Shown here: positions 9,515 through 19,298 of the stretch, one piece after another
How the letters are laid out: each line of letters opens with the position of its first letter
Position numbering within the stretch: the stretch's first letter is position 1
Assembly: GCF_000195855.1 (NCBI RefSeq)
Contig: NC_002677.1
Span: 450,001 to 482,000 of the forward strand
Source: Mycobacterium leprae TN
GTDB taxonomy: Bacteria > Actinomycetota > Actinomycetes > Mycobacteriales > Mycobacteriaceae
Length of the DNA stretch: 32,000 bases
Direction: 5' to 3'
The notes under the pieces: model-generated
Told to the model about the DNA's origin: nothing
What the model saw: the letters and a program-made list of their open reading frames with translations, nothing else
Database searches by the model: none
Made by a program: the position numbers and the translations under genes

Positions 9515-10774
9515 GGCATTGCGCTCTGCACTGGACCGACTGGCGGCTGAGTTATCGCAGTGGTCGTGTGCGGTCGTCGCAGATCGGCGTCGCTTTGTGG
9601 GCTGGCGTGGGCCGCTATGCCGCTGGTTGACCTATGTGCCGCGTCGCGGATCGTCCTGATAGTGGCTGGGCTGGTTAGACGTCGCCGAGCGCCTTGCTGA
9701 GGGTCGGTTCGCCAAAAGTACGTGCGGGCCCCGCCAGTTGCTTGGCTACAAACAGCCCAATCTAATGTTGCGCCCCTTCCAGATCCGCGATTGGTGCGAC
9801 AGTGAAGACGGTCTCGACCTTCGAACGCTCGATCGTGAGCGTGGCAGAGCTGTGCGCTACGGATGTAGCGTGCCCCGGTTGCGGAGCTGGCAGCGGCGTG
9901 GATGGGGCCCGAGAGCAGACTCCGTGGCCCGGTTTCTACAGGCCCGTTGCGACTCCAGAAACACGGTGGCCACCGAATGCATGGGCAAGTACCGGCCGCC
10001 CAGCGGTGTGGGTCGCTACGCGACAACCTGTGGCATTTGCTTGGTTCGAAGATCGCTGCGGTCATTGTCGTCGACGATCGCTACTATAGCAGGCTGGTAG
10101 GGTTGGCCACGGCCGGTGCGGTTACGATCGGGGCAGGGGATCGGTCGACGGCTGACGAGCTGGTTCACCAAAAGATACAGCCCTACGTGGACAACGATAT
10201 TCGCAACGACTGACTGTAATGAGTTCGACGCTGGCTGGTGTAGCAGCGTTTTACGACAGGCTGGCCGACCCATTGCCTTTCTGGCCTTACCGCCGGTTGC
10301 TGTGCCGAACTGAGTTGACGCCTACCACCTAGGGCGTGAAAACCTCAATCGGTCAGGCTTCGGGCGTACCCACTGTGCAGACACTCCAGCAAGCTTCGTA
10401 ACTCTCGGTGGCCTGAGCAACCTTGGCGGATTGGCCAGTCGTATCGTCGAATCTATCGGTGATCTGCTGGGTTTGGCGGTTTAACAGCTGTCTGATCTGT
10501 CGGCGTTTGACGATCGGTTGGTCGAGTCTCCATTCGACGAGGACACCACACTACGCCACCGATGATGATGCTGATGACATCCCTGGTGCCAGGGTCGAAA
10601 AAGGGGAAGAAACAGCCGAGGTGGACAAGTTCGAAGCGCTGTCGCCCGATTAGGAATCCCCCCGGTTGGTGTGCCATCACCGGGGTCAACGAGCCCCAGG
10701 GGTGTCATCGGTTGATACACCACCGCCGGCTGCCACTTTGGGGCCAGCTGCTGCGCCGCTGTCAAAATGGCTAG

Positions 10775-11940
10775 GCGCTTCCGCTGTCCGACGGATCAAC
10801 TCCACACGTGAAGATCGCCGCGGGCGGGCTCCGGAGGCGGGGCAGTGACGGGTCAAGTGGACTGTATCTACAGGAGTTTCTCGACGTAGCTCACGGACCT
10901 CGATTGGGTCTGTCGCCATAGGTCTCACCAACTAGTGTGGTGACACCAGCCTCGTTGAAGGAGGCTAAGTGTTCGGCGATGAATCGACTTGGGACGAAAG
11001 CGAGATTCCGTGCACCAAATCGTACGGAACCGTGCCAATGGCCGCATGCTTACGGCCGCTCAGTTTCTGTATTCGGTCCGCGACTGCGTCGAGCCCGTAG
11101 CGTTTCGTCAGAAGGTGTGGCTCTTGGCTCCTATTTCGTCGATGTGGTGTAAAGGGCCAGTTGCGTTTTGTCCAGTTCAGCCGATCATTGATCGCCGTCG
11201 CCTATCGCCAACGACGCATGCAGCAGGATCTCTGGTGGCCCTAGTGTGGGATCCCGCTTGGCAGCGCCGGCCGTCAGCTCCTCACCCCAGACTGACTCGG
11301 CCTTCTCGGAGTAGAAAAAGATCGGTTTCCGGTCCTTGGCGATCTCGGAAGTAAGCTCAACTTTTTCGTCCTCAGTTCCACGATCGCAGCAGGAACACGC
11401 TCGTGCACAGGGTGATTGATGAGATGCAGCGGTTTGCTTAACCCTGTTACGCGGTTCACGGATAAGTGGGATCTGATAATGTTTACGGGCGTATTGCAGC
11501 CGCTTCTCAGCGTCACATCTGCCGACAGATTTCCACGACATCGCGGGGTGCGGCCCGGTGCGGTGCATCGAACTCGACGCCGTGAAACCCTTCCATCACC
11601 TGCGGTCTGGACGTGCTGAGCCCGAGACGGACTTGGCCACCGTATACGAAATTCAAACCGGCGACGGTCATTGCCAGCAACGCTGGCGTGGGGGGCGTCT
11701 ATGGGAAACACGCTGAGTACTCCGTCCAATTCCGCGGTGCTTGTTTTGGCTGTCAAGTAGCCCAGCTGGTTGGCGGCGTCGAAAGAATACGCTTCGGCCA
11801 CCGCCCCGACGTCAATGCCGGTCTTTTCGAGTTCGGTGATGCGGTCGATGGCTTGGTGAAACCCGCTCGAATGATCCAGCGCAATGCCTATGCACACCAA
11901 CGACACGTACCACCAGGACAGTGGCTCACCGCTGTCGGGC
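10775..11940 (-). pseudogene. luciferase-like (LLM, F420-dependent class) oxidoreductase pseudogene
   Basis: Minus-strand fragments lie in several frames: GEPLSWWYVSLVCIGIALD...ELEKTGIDVGAVAEAYSFDAANQLGYLTAKTS, LGLSTSRPQVMEGFHGVEFDAP, EKRLQYARKHYQIPL, VELTSEIAKDRKPIFFYSEKAESVWGEELTAGAAKRDPTLGPPEILLHASLAIGDGD, YGLDAVADRIQKL, PIEVRELRRETPVDTVHL. Confidence 0.7.
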
Positions 11941-11944
11941 CGTG

Positions 11945-12796
11945 TTACTTCAGCAGCGTGACGATCTTCTGTTCGGGGGTGACCAATGGCGCCTCGGGGT
12001 CCACCGGGACCGTATGAGGTAGGTGCATGTCTGGGTCGGCGAAGTCGCGATATTCTTTGTCGCCGCCAAGCGCATAAAGCAAGTAACCGGTGAGCAGCGA
12101 CCGAACCGCTTTTTGCGTCGCTCGATGCGGACCGGCCAACCCGACGACCTTCGTCATTCGCCACCCCTCCACCAGGCCGCCGGCTTTGGCTTTGCTGACG
12201 ATGCGCAAGGTGGCATCATCCCAAGCGCGGTACAGTGATAGAGCGTTTGAATTCAACGTTTTCGGATCTCCTGGAGCGGTCAGAATCAAACCCGGGACCT
12301 TGCACGTCGCGGCCGGCTGTTCGGGCGCTGGACTTGTGACCGTCGGGAAGATCGCCACTGCGGATTTGGCCGGCAAACCGGCCAAGCCTGGCAGCCCGGC
12401 TGCGGCGAGTACAGCGGCCGATCCGCCGAAACCGTGTCCTACCAGGCCGAGTTTGGCGGGGTGCACGCTGATATTGCCAGGACCCAGCCGCACACCCGCC
12501 ACGATGTCGAGTGCCGAACCGAGGTCGAAGGCCAGATTGAGCACCGAGGGCGTGAGACCTCGTTGGGTGTCGGGAGCGCCGGTCACGATGCCCCACGACG
12601 CCAAATGTTCCAGCAGGCCCGCGTAACGGGCGGTACCGGTGAGCCAGTCGTGACCAAACGCAACGCCGGGCAGATTCAGACCCCCAGCCGGGGTGTACAC
12701 CACCCCTGGCAAACCGGCGAAGGACAAGTCACCACGCAAAACCCGGTGCGGGCCACGGCGGCTGAGGGCTGCTAAGAGTTTGCGGGTGTGGGCCAC
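11945..12796 (-). CDS. conserved hypothetical protein, alpha/beta (dienelactone-hydrolase-like) fold, Rv3438-position homologue
   Basis: The ORF is open to 12919, but the GTG at 12796 gives 283 aa (VAHTRKLLAALSRRGPHRVLRGDLSF...). It contains ...LPGVAFGHDW..., LASWGIVTGAPD and a nucleophile-elbow-like LVGHGFGGSAAV. There are no internal stops. Confidence 0.65.
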   Translation of the reverse strand: MAHTRKLLAALSRRGPHRVLRGDLSFAGLPGVVYTPAGGLNLPGVAFGHDWLTGTARYAGLLEHLASWGIVTGAPDTQRGLTPSVLNLAFDLGSALDIVAGVRLGPGNISVHPAKLGLVGHGFGGSAAVLAAAGLPGLAGLPAKSAVAIFPTVTSPAPEQPAATCKVPGLILTAPGDPKTLNSNALSLYRAWDDATLRIVSKAKAGGLVEGWRMTKVVGLAGPHRATQKAVRSLLTGYLLYALGGDKEYRDFADPDMHLPHTVPVDPEAPLVTPEQKIVTLLK

Positions 12797-12978
12797 CTGC
12801 CGACGGTAGCGCACTGGCTCGTAACAGCTGATTGGTGACCGGCAGATGCTGTCCGTATTACGGATTGCCCCGCTAAGGCGAATTGGCCGGTAGGTTAACG
12901 TGACTTGTAATCCATACACTGCACCGATCAGCCCTGTGTACCTGTCTACTGCACTGGCTGCACTACCCTGACAGGGTT

Positions 12979-14856
12979 ATGTGTGGACTTGTCGGCTACG
13001 TCGGGCAGCGCCCTGCCTGCGGGGTCGTCATGGATGCGCTGCGCAGGATGGAGTACCGCGGCTACGACTCGTCGGGAATCGCGCTGATCAACGGCAGTGC
13101 CAAATCGGGCAATCTGACCGTTCGTCGTCGTGCTGGTCGACTTTCCAATTTGGAGTCGGTGTTGGCGGAGATGGTTCCGGCGTCGCTGGCCGGCAACGTC
13201 GGCCTCGGCCATATCCGGTGGGCCACCCATGGTCGCCCCACCGACCGCAACGCGCATCCGCACCGCGACGCCACCGGCAAGATCGCCGTCGTCCACAACG
13301 GCATCATCGAGAATTTCCCCTCCCTTCGCCATGAGTTGGAGATCGCCGGAGTAGAGTTCGTCAGCGACACCGACACCGAGGTAGCTGTGCATTTGGTGGC
13401 ACAGGCTTACTGCGCTGGCGAGACGGCCGGTGATTTCGTCGGGTCCGTGCTGGCGGTGCTGCGCCGGCTACAGGGCCACTTCACTCTGGTGTTCGCCAAC
13501 GCCGACGAGCCCGGTACCATTGTGGCCGCGCGCCGCTCCACCCCGCTAGTGCTCGGGATCGGCGACGGGGAGATGTTCGTCGGTTCCGACGTGGCCGCGT
13601 TCATCGAACACACCCGGCAGGCGGTCGAGCTTGGTCAGGACCAGGCTGTGGTGATCACTGCAGATGGTTACCGAATCAGCGACTTCGATGGCAACGATGA
13701 CGCTGTAAACGCTCGCACATTTCATATCGACTGGGACCTGGCCGCTGCCGAAAAGGGCGGCTACGAGTACTTCATGCTCAAGGAAATCGCTGAGCAGCCC
13801 GACGCGGTAGTCGACACGCTACTTGGGCATTTCACTGGTGGACGGATTGTGCTCGACGAACAGCGATTGAGCGATCAGGAACTCCGCGAGATCGATAAGG
13901 TGTTTGTGGTCGCTTGCGGTACTGCCTATCATTCCGGCTTGTTGGCCAAATATACGATCGAGCACTGGACGCGGCTGCCTGTTGAGGTGGAGCTAGCCAG
14001 CGAATTTCGCTACCGGGATCCTGTTCTGGACCGCAGCACACTGGTGGTAGCCATTTCGCAGTCCGGTGAAACCGCTGATACTTTAGAAGCTGTCCGGCAC
14101 GCTAAAGAGCAGAAGGCCAAGGTGCTGGCGATTTGCAACACCAACGGCTCCCAAATCCCACGTGAGTGCGACGCGGTGCTGTATACTCGCGCTGGCCCGG
14201 AGATCGGCGTCGCCTCAACGAAAACCTTTCTGGCTCAGGTCGCCGCCAACTACCTCCTTGGGCTGGCGTTGGCGCAGGCCCGCGGCACTAAGTACCCCGA
14301 TGAGGTGCAGCGCGAGTACCGCGAGCTGGAAGCGATGCCCGACCTGGTGGCCCGGGTCATCGCGGGGATGGGCCCCGTGGCCGATTTGGCTTACCGGTTC
14401 GCTCAGTCGACGACCGTGCTGTTCCTGGGTCGCCATGTCGGGTACCCGGTGGCGTTGGAAGGTGCGCTGAAACTCAAGGAATTGGCCTACATGCACGCCG
14501 AGGGGTTCGCCGCCGGCGAGCTCAAGCACGGACCCATCGCGCTGATCGAAGAAAACCTGCCGGTAATCGTCGTCATGCCCTCGCCCAAGGGATCGGCGAT
14601 GCTGCATGCTAAGCTGCTGAGCAACATTCGTGAAATTCAGACCCGCGGAGCGGTGACCATTGTGATCGCGGAGGAAGGCGACGACACGGTACGTCTCTAC
14701 GCCGATCACCTGATCGAACTCCCCGCGGTGTCAACACTTTTGCAGCCGCTGCTGTCGACCATCCCGCTGCAGGTGTTCGCCGCGTCTGTGGCGCAGGCTC
14801 GCGGCTACGACGTTGACAAACCGCGAAATCTGGCCAAGTCCGTCACCGTTGAGTAA
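12979..14856 (+). CDS. glmS: glutamine--fructose-6-phosphate aminotransferase (isomerising)
   Basis: 625-aa ORF. It has the MCGLVGYVG Ntn-Cys N-terminus, two SIS domains (ISQSGETADT; LGRHVGYPVALEGALKLKE) and the C-terminal KPRNLAKSVTVE. Confidence 0.97.
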   Translation: MCGLVGYVGQRPACGVVMDALRRMEYRGYDSSGIALINGSAKSGNLTVRRRAGRLSNLESVLAEMVPASLAGNVGLGHIRWATHGRPTDRNAHPHRDATGKIAVVHNGIIENFPSLRHELEIAGVEFVSDTDTEVAVHLVAQAYCAGETAGDFVGSVLAVLRRLQGHFTLVFANADEPGTIVAARRSTPLVLGIGDGEMFVGSDVAAFIEHTRQAVELGQDQAVVITADGYRISDFDGNDDAVNARTFHIDWDLAAAEKGGYEYFMLKEIAEQPDAVVDTLLGHFTGGRIVLDEQRLSDQELREIDKVFVVACGTAYHSGLLAKYTIEHWTRLPVEVELASEFRYRDPVLDRSTLVVAISQSGETADTLEAVRHAKEQKAKVLAICNTNGSQIPRECDAVLYTRAGPEIGVASTKTFLAQVAANYLLGLALAQARGTKYPDEVQREYRELEAMPDLVARVIAGMGPVADLAYRFAQSTTVLFLGRHVGYPVALEGALKLKELAYMHAEGFAAGELKHGPIALIEENLPVIVVMPSPKGSAMLHAKLLSNIREIQTRGAVTIVIAEEGDDTVRLYADHLIELPAVSTLLQPLLSTIPLQVFAASVAQARGYDVDKPRNLAKSVTVE

Positions 14857-15201
14857 CTGGCGCTGGGTGGTAGCGATGTCGGCAATGCGTGGCTGGCATC
14901 GACTAGATACTCGGGTGCCAACCGACCACATCCACTGGATGCACCAGCGGTTCTCTGAAGGGGTCATTGATAAGCGTTTTGGTTGCTTGGCTGGCCAGTG
15001 CGCGTCTCACCGTGACGTTGGTTGCGATAGCTCCCACGCTGGTTGCCAAGTCCCAGGTATCGTCGTCAGTCTGTGCTACGTTTGCCCCTTTCCACGCGCT
15101 TCGGTGTGATGGCTAGTGCATTTATTTAACTTCAATCCGGCGCAACTGTACGCTCTGTAGTTAAATGCGCAACGACGCGAGCATGGAATCCATAAGTATT
15201 G

Positions 15202-16623
15202 ATGCGGCATTATTACTCTGTAGCGGCTATCCGTGACGCCGAGGCATCGCTGCTGGCCAGCCTGCCTGACGGTGTGTTGATGAAGCGCGCGGCTTACGGG
15301 TTGGCCAGCGTGATCATTCGTGAACTGGCCGTTCGTACCGGTGGAGTTACCGGCCGCCGGGTGTGTGCGGTCGTCGGCTCGGGCGACAACGGCGGCGATG
15401 CCCTGTGGGCGGCGACTTTCCTGCGCCGCCGCGGTGCGGCTGCCGATGCGGTGCTGCTCAACCCGGATCGCGTCCACCGCAAGGCACTGGTTGCGTTCCG
15501 GAAAGCCGGCGGTCGTATCGTCGAAAATGTATCGGCAGCAACTGATCTCGTTATTGACGGGGTGGTGGGCATCTCCGGCTCGGGGCCGTTGCGACCGGCG
15601 GCTGCCGCGGTGTTTGCGACTGTCTCAGCCTCGGGGGTACCGGTAGTGGCCGTCGACCTCCCCAGCGGCATTGATGTGGTGACCGGCGTAATCAACGGCC
15701 CCGCTGTGCACGCAGCGTTGACTGTTACCTTTGGCGGGCTCAAGCCCGTGCACGCGCTCGCAGACTGCGGCGACGTCACACTGGTTGATATCGGGCTTGA
15801 CCTTCCAGACTCCGATATCTTGGGCTTGCAGGCCGCCGACGTGGCCGCGTACTGGCCGGTGCCCGGTGTCCATGACGACAAATACACCCAAGGCGTGACT
15901 GGCGTGCTGGCCGGCTCGTCGACCTATCCGGGTGCGGCTGTGCTGTGCACCGGTGCCGCGGTCGCGGCCACCTCCGGCATGGTCCGCTATGCTGGTAGCG
16001 CTTATACCCAGGTGCTCGCGCACTGGCCCGAAGTTATTGCATCGGCCACCCCAACTGCGGCCGGGCGGGTGCAATCCTGGGTTGTCGGGCCAGGGCTGGG
16101 TATCGATGCCACCGCGACAGCGGCACTGTGGTTCGCGCTGGAAACTGACTTGCCGGTGCTCGTTGACGCTGATGGGCTGACCATGCTGGCTGCTCACCCC
16201 GACCTGGTGATCAACCGCAACGCGCCGACAGTGCTGACTCCACATGCCAGCGAATTCGCCCGATTGGCCGGGACTCCGCCAGGCGACGACCGGGTAGGTG
16301 CGTGCCGCAAGCTAGCCGATTCCTTCGGCGCCACTGTGCTACTGAAGGGCAATGTCACCGTCATCGCCGATCCCGGTGGCCCGGTATATCTGAATCCGGC
16401 TGGACAGTCTTGGGCGGCTACCGCCGGGTCTGGTGACGTGCTGTCCGGCATGATCGGTGCGCTGCTGGCCGCGGGGCTGCCTGCGGCCGAGGCGGCCGCC
16501 GCCGCGGCATTCGTGCACGCGCGTGCGGCAGCGCTGTCGGCTGCTGATCCAGGTCCTGGTGACGTGCCCACGTCGGCGTCCCGCATGGTGTCGCACATCC
16601 GAACTGCCCTGGCGGCCTTATAG
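15202..16623 (+). CDS. nnr: bifunctional NAD(P)H-hydrate repair enzyme (epimerase / ADP-dependent dehydratase)
   Basis: About 473 aa. The N-terminal YjeF_N domain has VVGSGDNGGDALWAA. The C-terminal carbohydrate-kinase-like domain has KYTQGVTGVLAGS...VVGPGLG...GSGDVLSGMIGALLA. I prefer the ATG at 15202 over the TTG at 15199. Confidence 0.9.
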   Translation: MRHYYSVAAIRDAEASLLASLPDGVLMKRAAYGLASVIIRELAVRTGGVTGRRVCAVVGSGDNGGDALWAATFLRRRGAAADAVLLNPDRVHRKALVAFRKAGGRIVENVSAATDLVIDGVVGISGSGPLRPAAAAVFATVSASGVPVVAVDLPSGIDVVTGVINGPAVHAALTVTFGGLKPVHALADCGDVTLVDIGLDLPDSDILGLQAADVAAYWPVPGVHDDKYTQGVTGVLAGSSTYPGAAVLCTGAAVAATSGMVRYAGSAYTQVLAHWPEVIASATPTAAGRVQSWVVGPGLGIDATATAALWFALETDLPVLVDADGLTMLAAHPDLVINRNAPTVLTPHASEFARLAGTPPGDDRVGACRKLADSFGATVLLKGNVTVIADPGGPVYLNPAGQSWAATAGSGDVLSGMIGALLAAGLPAAEAAAAAAFVHARAAALSAADPGPGDVPTSASRMVSHIRTALAAL

Positions 16624-16644
16624 CAGCAACGGTCAAACGTAAAG

Positions 16645-18025
16645 GATCCGTCGTATCTCCCAGTCACCCGTCTGTACCCCGGGACTTGATCGTTCCAGCT
16701 TACACCGGCCGTATGTTCACGGCATCGGCCACCCTCTTCTGTCTGGTGGCTGCCCGAAGCATCGATGGATCCTGAGGCGGCGTACCGCTTTATTCACGAC
16801 TAGCTAATGGTAGACGGCAGTTCTCGGCTCAACCTAGCGCTACTTTCGTCACCACCTGGGTGGATCCCGAGGTAAAGAAGTTGATGGCCGAGACGTTCGA
16901 CAAAACATGTTTAGACAAGGACGAGTATCCGGCGGCCGCGGCCATCGAACGGCGCTGCGTATAGCATGGCGACCGGTCTCTATTCACGCCTAGGGACTCA
17001 GCTACGACAACCCGTCCAATACCTGTGGGGTGTTCCATTATCGGCTCCAGGGATGGGTGGTGATGCTGGGTTGCCTGGCCATAAAATTGCGCTGGTGTGC
17101 GGTAGCTAGTTAGCAGCGTAGCACCCCCAATCTGGGGATGGGCGCAGGGGTCCAGGTGGTTTGGGAGAAGTTCTGTCGTTACTTCGATGTCGAGCCGCTA
17201 TCTGTCGATGGAGGAAGGATGCTACGTCATCACCTCCCGAGCAGGTAATCGAGGCCCGTCGACGAGGACACTACTTGGTGTCGTGGCCATCTTTGTCTGC
17301 CACTTTCACCGGCGAACTCGAACCCGTCGCGGAGCTCTGCGTCGCGCTGGACAAGCTGGCAGCCGACAATGGCTTGGACATTGCAGTGTCCGTCGGTGCC
17401 GCCAGCGGGGGTTCGGGATGCCTTGCTTGCACCCGGAGTTGAAGTGGGATTCCTGGCTGCCCCGAGTGATGTCGATCAATGTAAAGTGGCTATAAATATG
17501 GGCTCACCCTACCCCGGTGTGGGATTTGGCGTATGGCGCGGCAACGAATATTTGCCCGAGGACGTAGTCTTTCGTGTCAACTACCTGGGCGGCGATATGT
17601 AGACTTTCGTATTGAACTTTTCCCGCCTGGACAACCAAGTGGTTAGTCAGTACTACAACTTTCTGTGGCTGGGACGTAACGGTTACTGGAAAGTCATGCA
17701 GGCCTTGTCGCTGACGGTGCGGTGGCTGATTGAGTAGCTCCGCGTCGGTGACTATTGTGAGCTGATCGGTTACATCGGACTATCAGACACCGCACGGCCA
17801 TCCTGGTGGTATACCTCCTTGCTCGTTAGAGACTGTGGGTACACCGAGTTCGATCTCCTCCACGAACTCCGGACATTCGGTTGGCAGGTGCCCGCCTATA
17901 ACTGTGCCCGACGATGCCACTGACGTATCGGTGCTGCGCATCGTGGTCTGGGAAGGGCTCTCGGGTGACCCCTGGATAAGCTCAAGTCCGGCGGACACTA
18001 CAGCGCCGACCACTTCGTGCATTAG
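16645..18025 (+). pseudogene. gadB: glutamate decarboxylase pseudogene
   Basis: Fragments lie across all three frames: VPAYTGRMFTA, MDPEAAYRFIHD*LMVDGSSRLNLA, EVKKLMAETFDK, DEYPAAAAIERRC, VWEKFCRYFDVEP, TGELEPVAELCVALDKLAADNGLDI, SINV..YKYGLTLP, FRVNYLGGDM*TFVLNFSR, QYYNFLWLGR, GYTEFDLLHELRTFGWQVPAYNCARRCH, ending GHYSADHFVH*. There are more than 10 lesions. Confidence 0.9.
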
Positions 18026-18131
18026 ATACAGTTGTGCTCCGTAATCGACACGCGTGGATCGGCATGCCCCATTGGTTCTGGGAAAATGTCGGCAGCGAGT
18101 TGACACACATCTAAATAGGAGCACGTTTATT

Positions 18132-19298
18132 TTGGCTGTTACACCGATATCCTTGAGGCCAGGTGTCTTGGCCGAAGCTGTTGTGGATCTGGGAGCTATT
18201 GACTACAACGTGCGCGTGTTGCGTGAGCACGCTGGCATGGCGCAACTGATGGTTGTCCTCAAAGCCGACGCCTACGGTCACGGTGCCACCCAGGTTGCCC
18301 TCGCCGCATTGGCAGCCGGTGCGGCCGAGCTGGGTGTGGCCACCGTCGACGAAGCGCTCGCATTGCGCGCGGACGGTATCAGTGCACCGGTGCTGGCCTG
18401 GCTGCATCCACCCGGAATCGACTTCGGGCCCGCGCTGCTGGCCGACGTGCAGATAGCGGTGTCCTCGGTGCGTCAGCTTGACGAGCTGCTGGATGCGGTG
18501 CGTCGGACCGGTCGTACGGCGACGGTGACCGTCAAAGCCGACACCGGGCTGAACCGCAACGGGGTCGTCACCGATCAATACCCGGCGATGCTGACCGCGT
18601 TGCAGCGGGCTGTCGTAGAAGACGCCGTAAGGCTGCGCGGGTTGATGTCGCACTTGGTTTACGCTGACCAGCCCGATAATCCCAGCAATGACGTTCAGGG
18701 CAAGCGGTTTGCTGCTCTGCTCGCTCAGGCGCACGAACAGGGATTGCGGTTCGAGGTGGCGCATCTGTCGAATTCATCAGCTACGATGTCTCGTCCTGAC
18801 CTGGCTTACGACCTGGTCAGGCCCGGCATCGCGGTGTACGGTCTTAGTCCTGTGCCTTCCCGCGGTGATATGGGACTAATACCCGCAATGACGGTGAAAT
18901 GCGCTGTTGCGATGGTGAAGTCTATTCGTGCTGGTGAAGGTGTTTCGTACGGACACGACTGGATTGCGCAGCATGACACCAATTTGGCGCTGTTGCCGGT
19001 TGGATATGCGGACGGTGTGTTCCGGTCGCTGGGCGGCCGGCTGGATGTGCTGATCAATGGCAAGCGCCGGCCTGGCGTCGGACGGATCTGTATGGACCAG
19101 TTTGTCGTCGACTTGGGTCCGGGGCCAATCGATGTAGCCGAAGGCGACGAAGCCATCTTGTTCGGTCCCGGCGCCAGAGGCGAACCCACTGCGCAAGATT
19201 GGGCTGATCTGCTTGGAACTATCCACTATGAAGTGGTCACCAGTCTACGCGGGCGGATCACCAGAACGTACCGCGAGGCCCAAACCGTTGACAGATGA
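18132..19298 (+). CDS. alr: alanine racemase
   Basis: A TTG start at 18132, 10 nt after AGGAG (18117-18121), gives 388 aa beginning [23 protein letters not shown]. It has the PLP-lysine motif [12 protein letters not shown] and the C-terminal [18 protein letters not shown]. The ORF-track start at 18054 adds 26 non-conserved residues. Confidence 0.9.
   Translation: MAVTPISLRPGVLAEAVVDLGAIDYNVRVLREHAGMAQLMVVLKADAYGHGATQVALAALAAGAAELGVATVDEALALRADGISAPVLAWLHPPGIDFGPALLADVQIAVSSVRQLDELLDAVRRTGRTATVTVKADTGLNRNGVVTDQYPAMLTALQRAVVEDAVRLRGLMSHLVYADQPDNPSNDVQGKRFAALLAQAHEQGLRFEVAHLSNSSATMSRPDLAYDLVRPGIAVYGLSPVPSRGDMGLIPAMTVKCAVAMVKSIRAGEGVSYGHDWIAQHDTNLALLPVGYADGVFRSLGGRLDVLINGKRRPGVGRICMDQFVVDLGPGPIDVAEGDEAILFGPGARGEPTAQDWADLLGTIHYEVVTSLRGRITRTYREAQTVDR

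Noticed and set aside
10036-10060. tRNA-like GGTTCGAA T-loop string
   Set aside because: No complementary T-stem, acceptor stem or anticodon arm can be drawn around it.
9481-10065. 194-aa minus-strand ORF
   Set aside because: It is Arg/Pro/Ala/Ser-rich with no recognisable domain and lies in a region where all frames are broken. I treat it as a chance ORF in decayed DNA.
11274-12164. 296-aa minus-strand ORF
   Set aside because: It is a chimeric read-through. Its 5' part overlaps the 3' end of the Rv3438-like gene in another frame, and the rest is one frame of the LLM pseudogene. It is not a single real CDS.
12797-12919. 41-codon N-terminal extension of the Rv3438-like ORF
   Set aside because: The extension (MYGLQVTLTYRPIRLSG...) looks non-conserved. 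The GTG at 12796 gives the length expected for the family, but I cannot exclude the longer form.
12800-12978. Possible glmS ribozyme upstream of glmS
   Set aside because: The spacer is only about 180 nt and I could not see the conserved ribozyme core. To my knowledge this riboswitch is not used by actinobacteria.
15118-15170. ATTTAACT-N27-AGTTAAAT inverted repeat upstream of nnr
   Set aside because: The stem is only 8 bp and AT-rich with a long spacer, so it could be chance. I did not call it as a feature.
15294-16667. Several 150-206-aa minus-strand ORFs
   Set aside because: All are antisense to nnr, which has clear domain signatures. They are Arg/Pro/Ala-rich shadow ORFs.
18111-19226. Minus-strand ORFs (217, 127 and 116 aa)
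   Set aside because: They are antisense to alr and are shadow ORFs.
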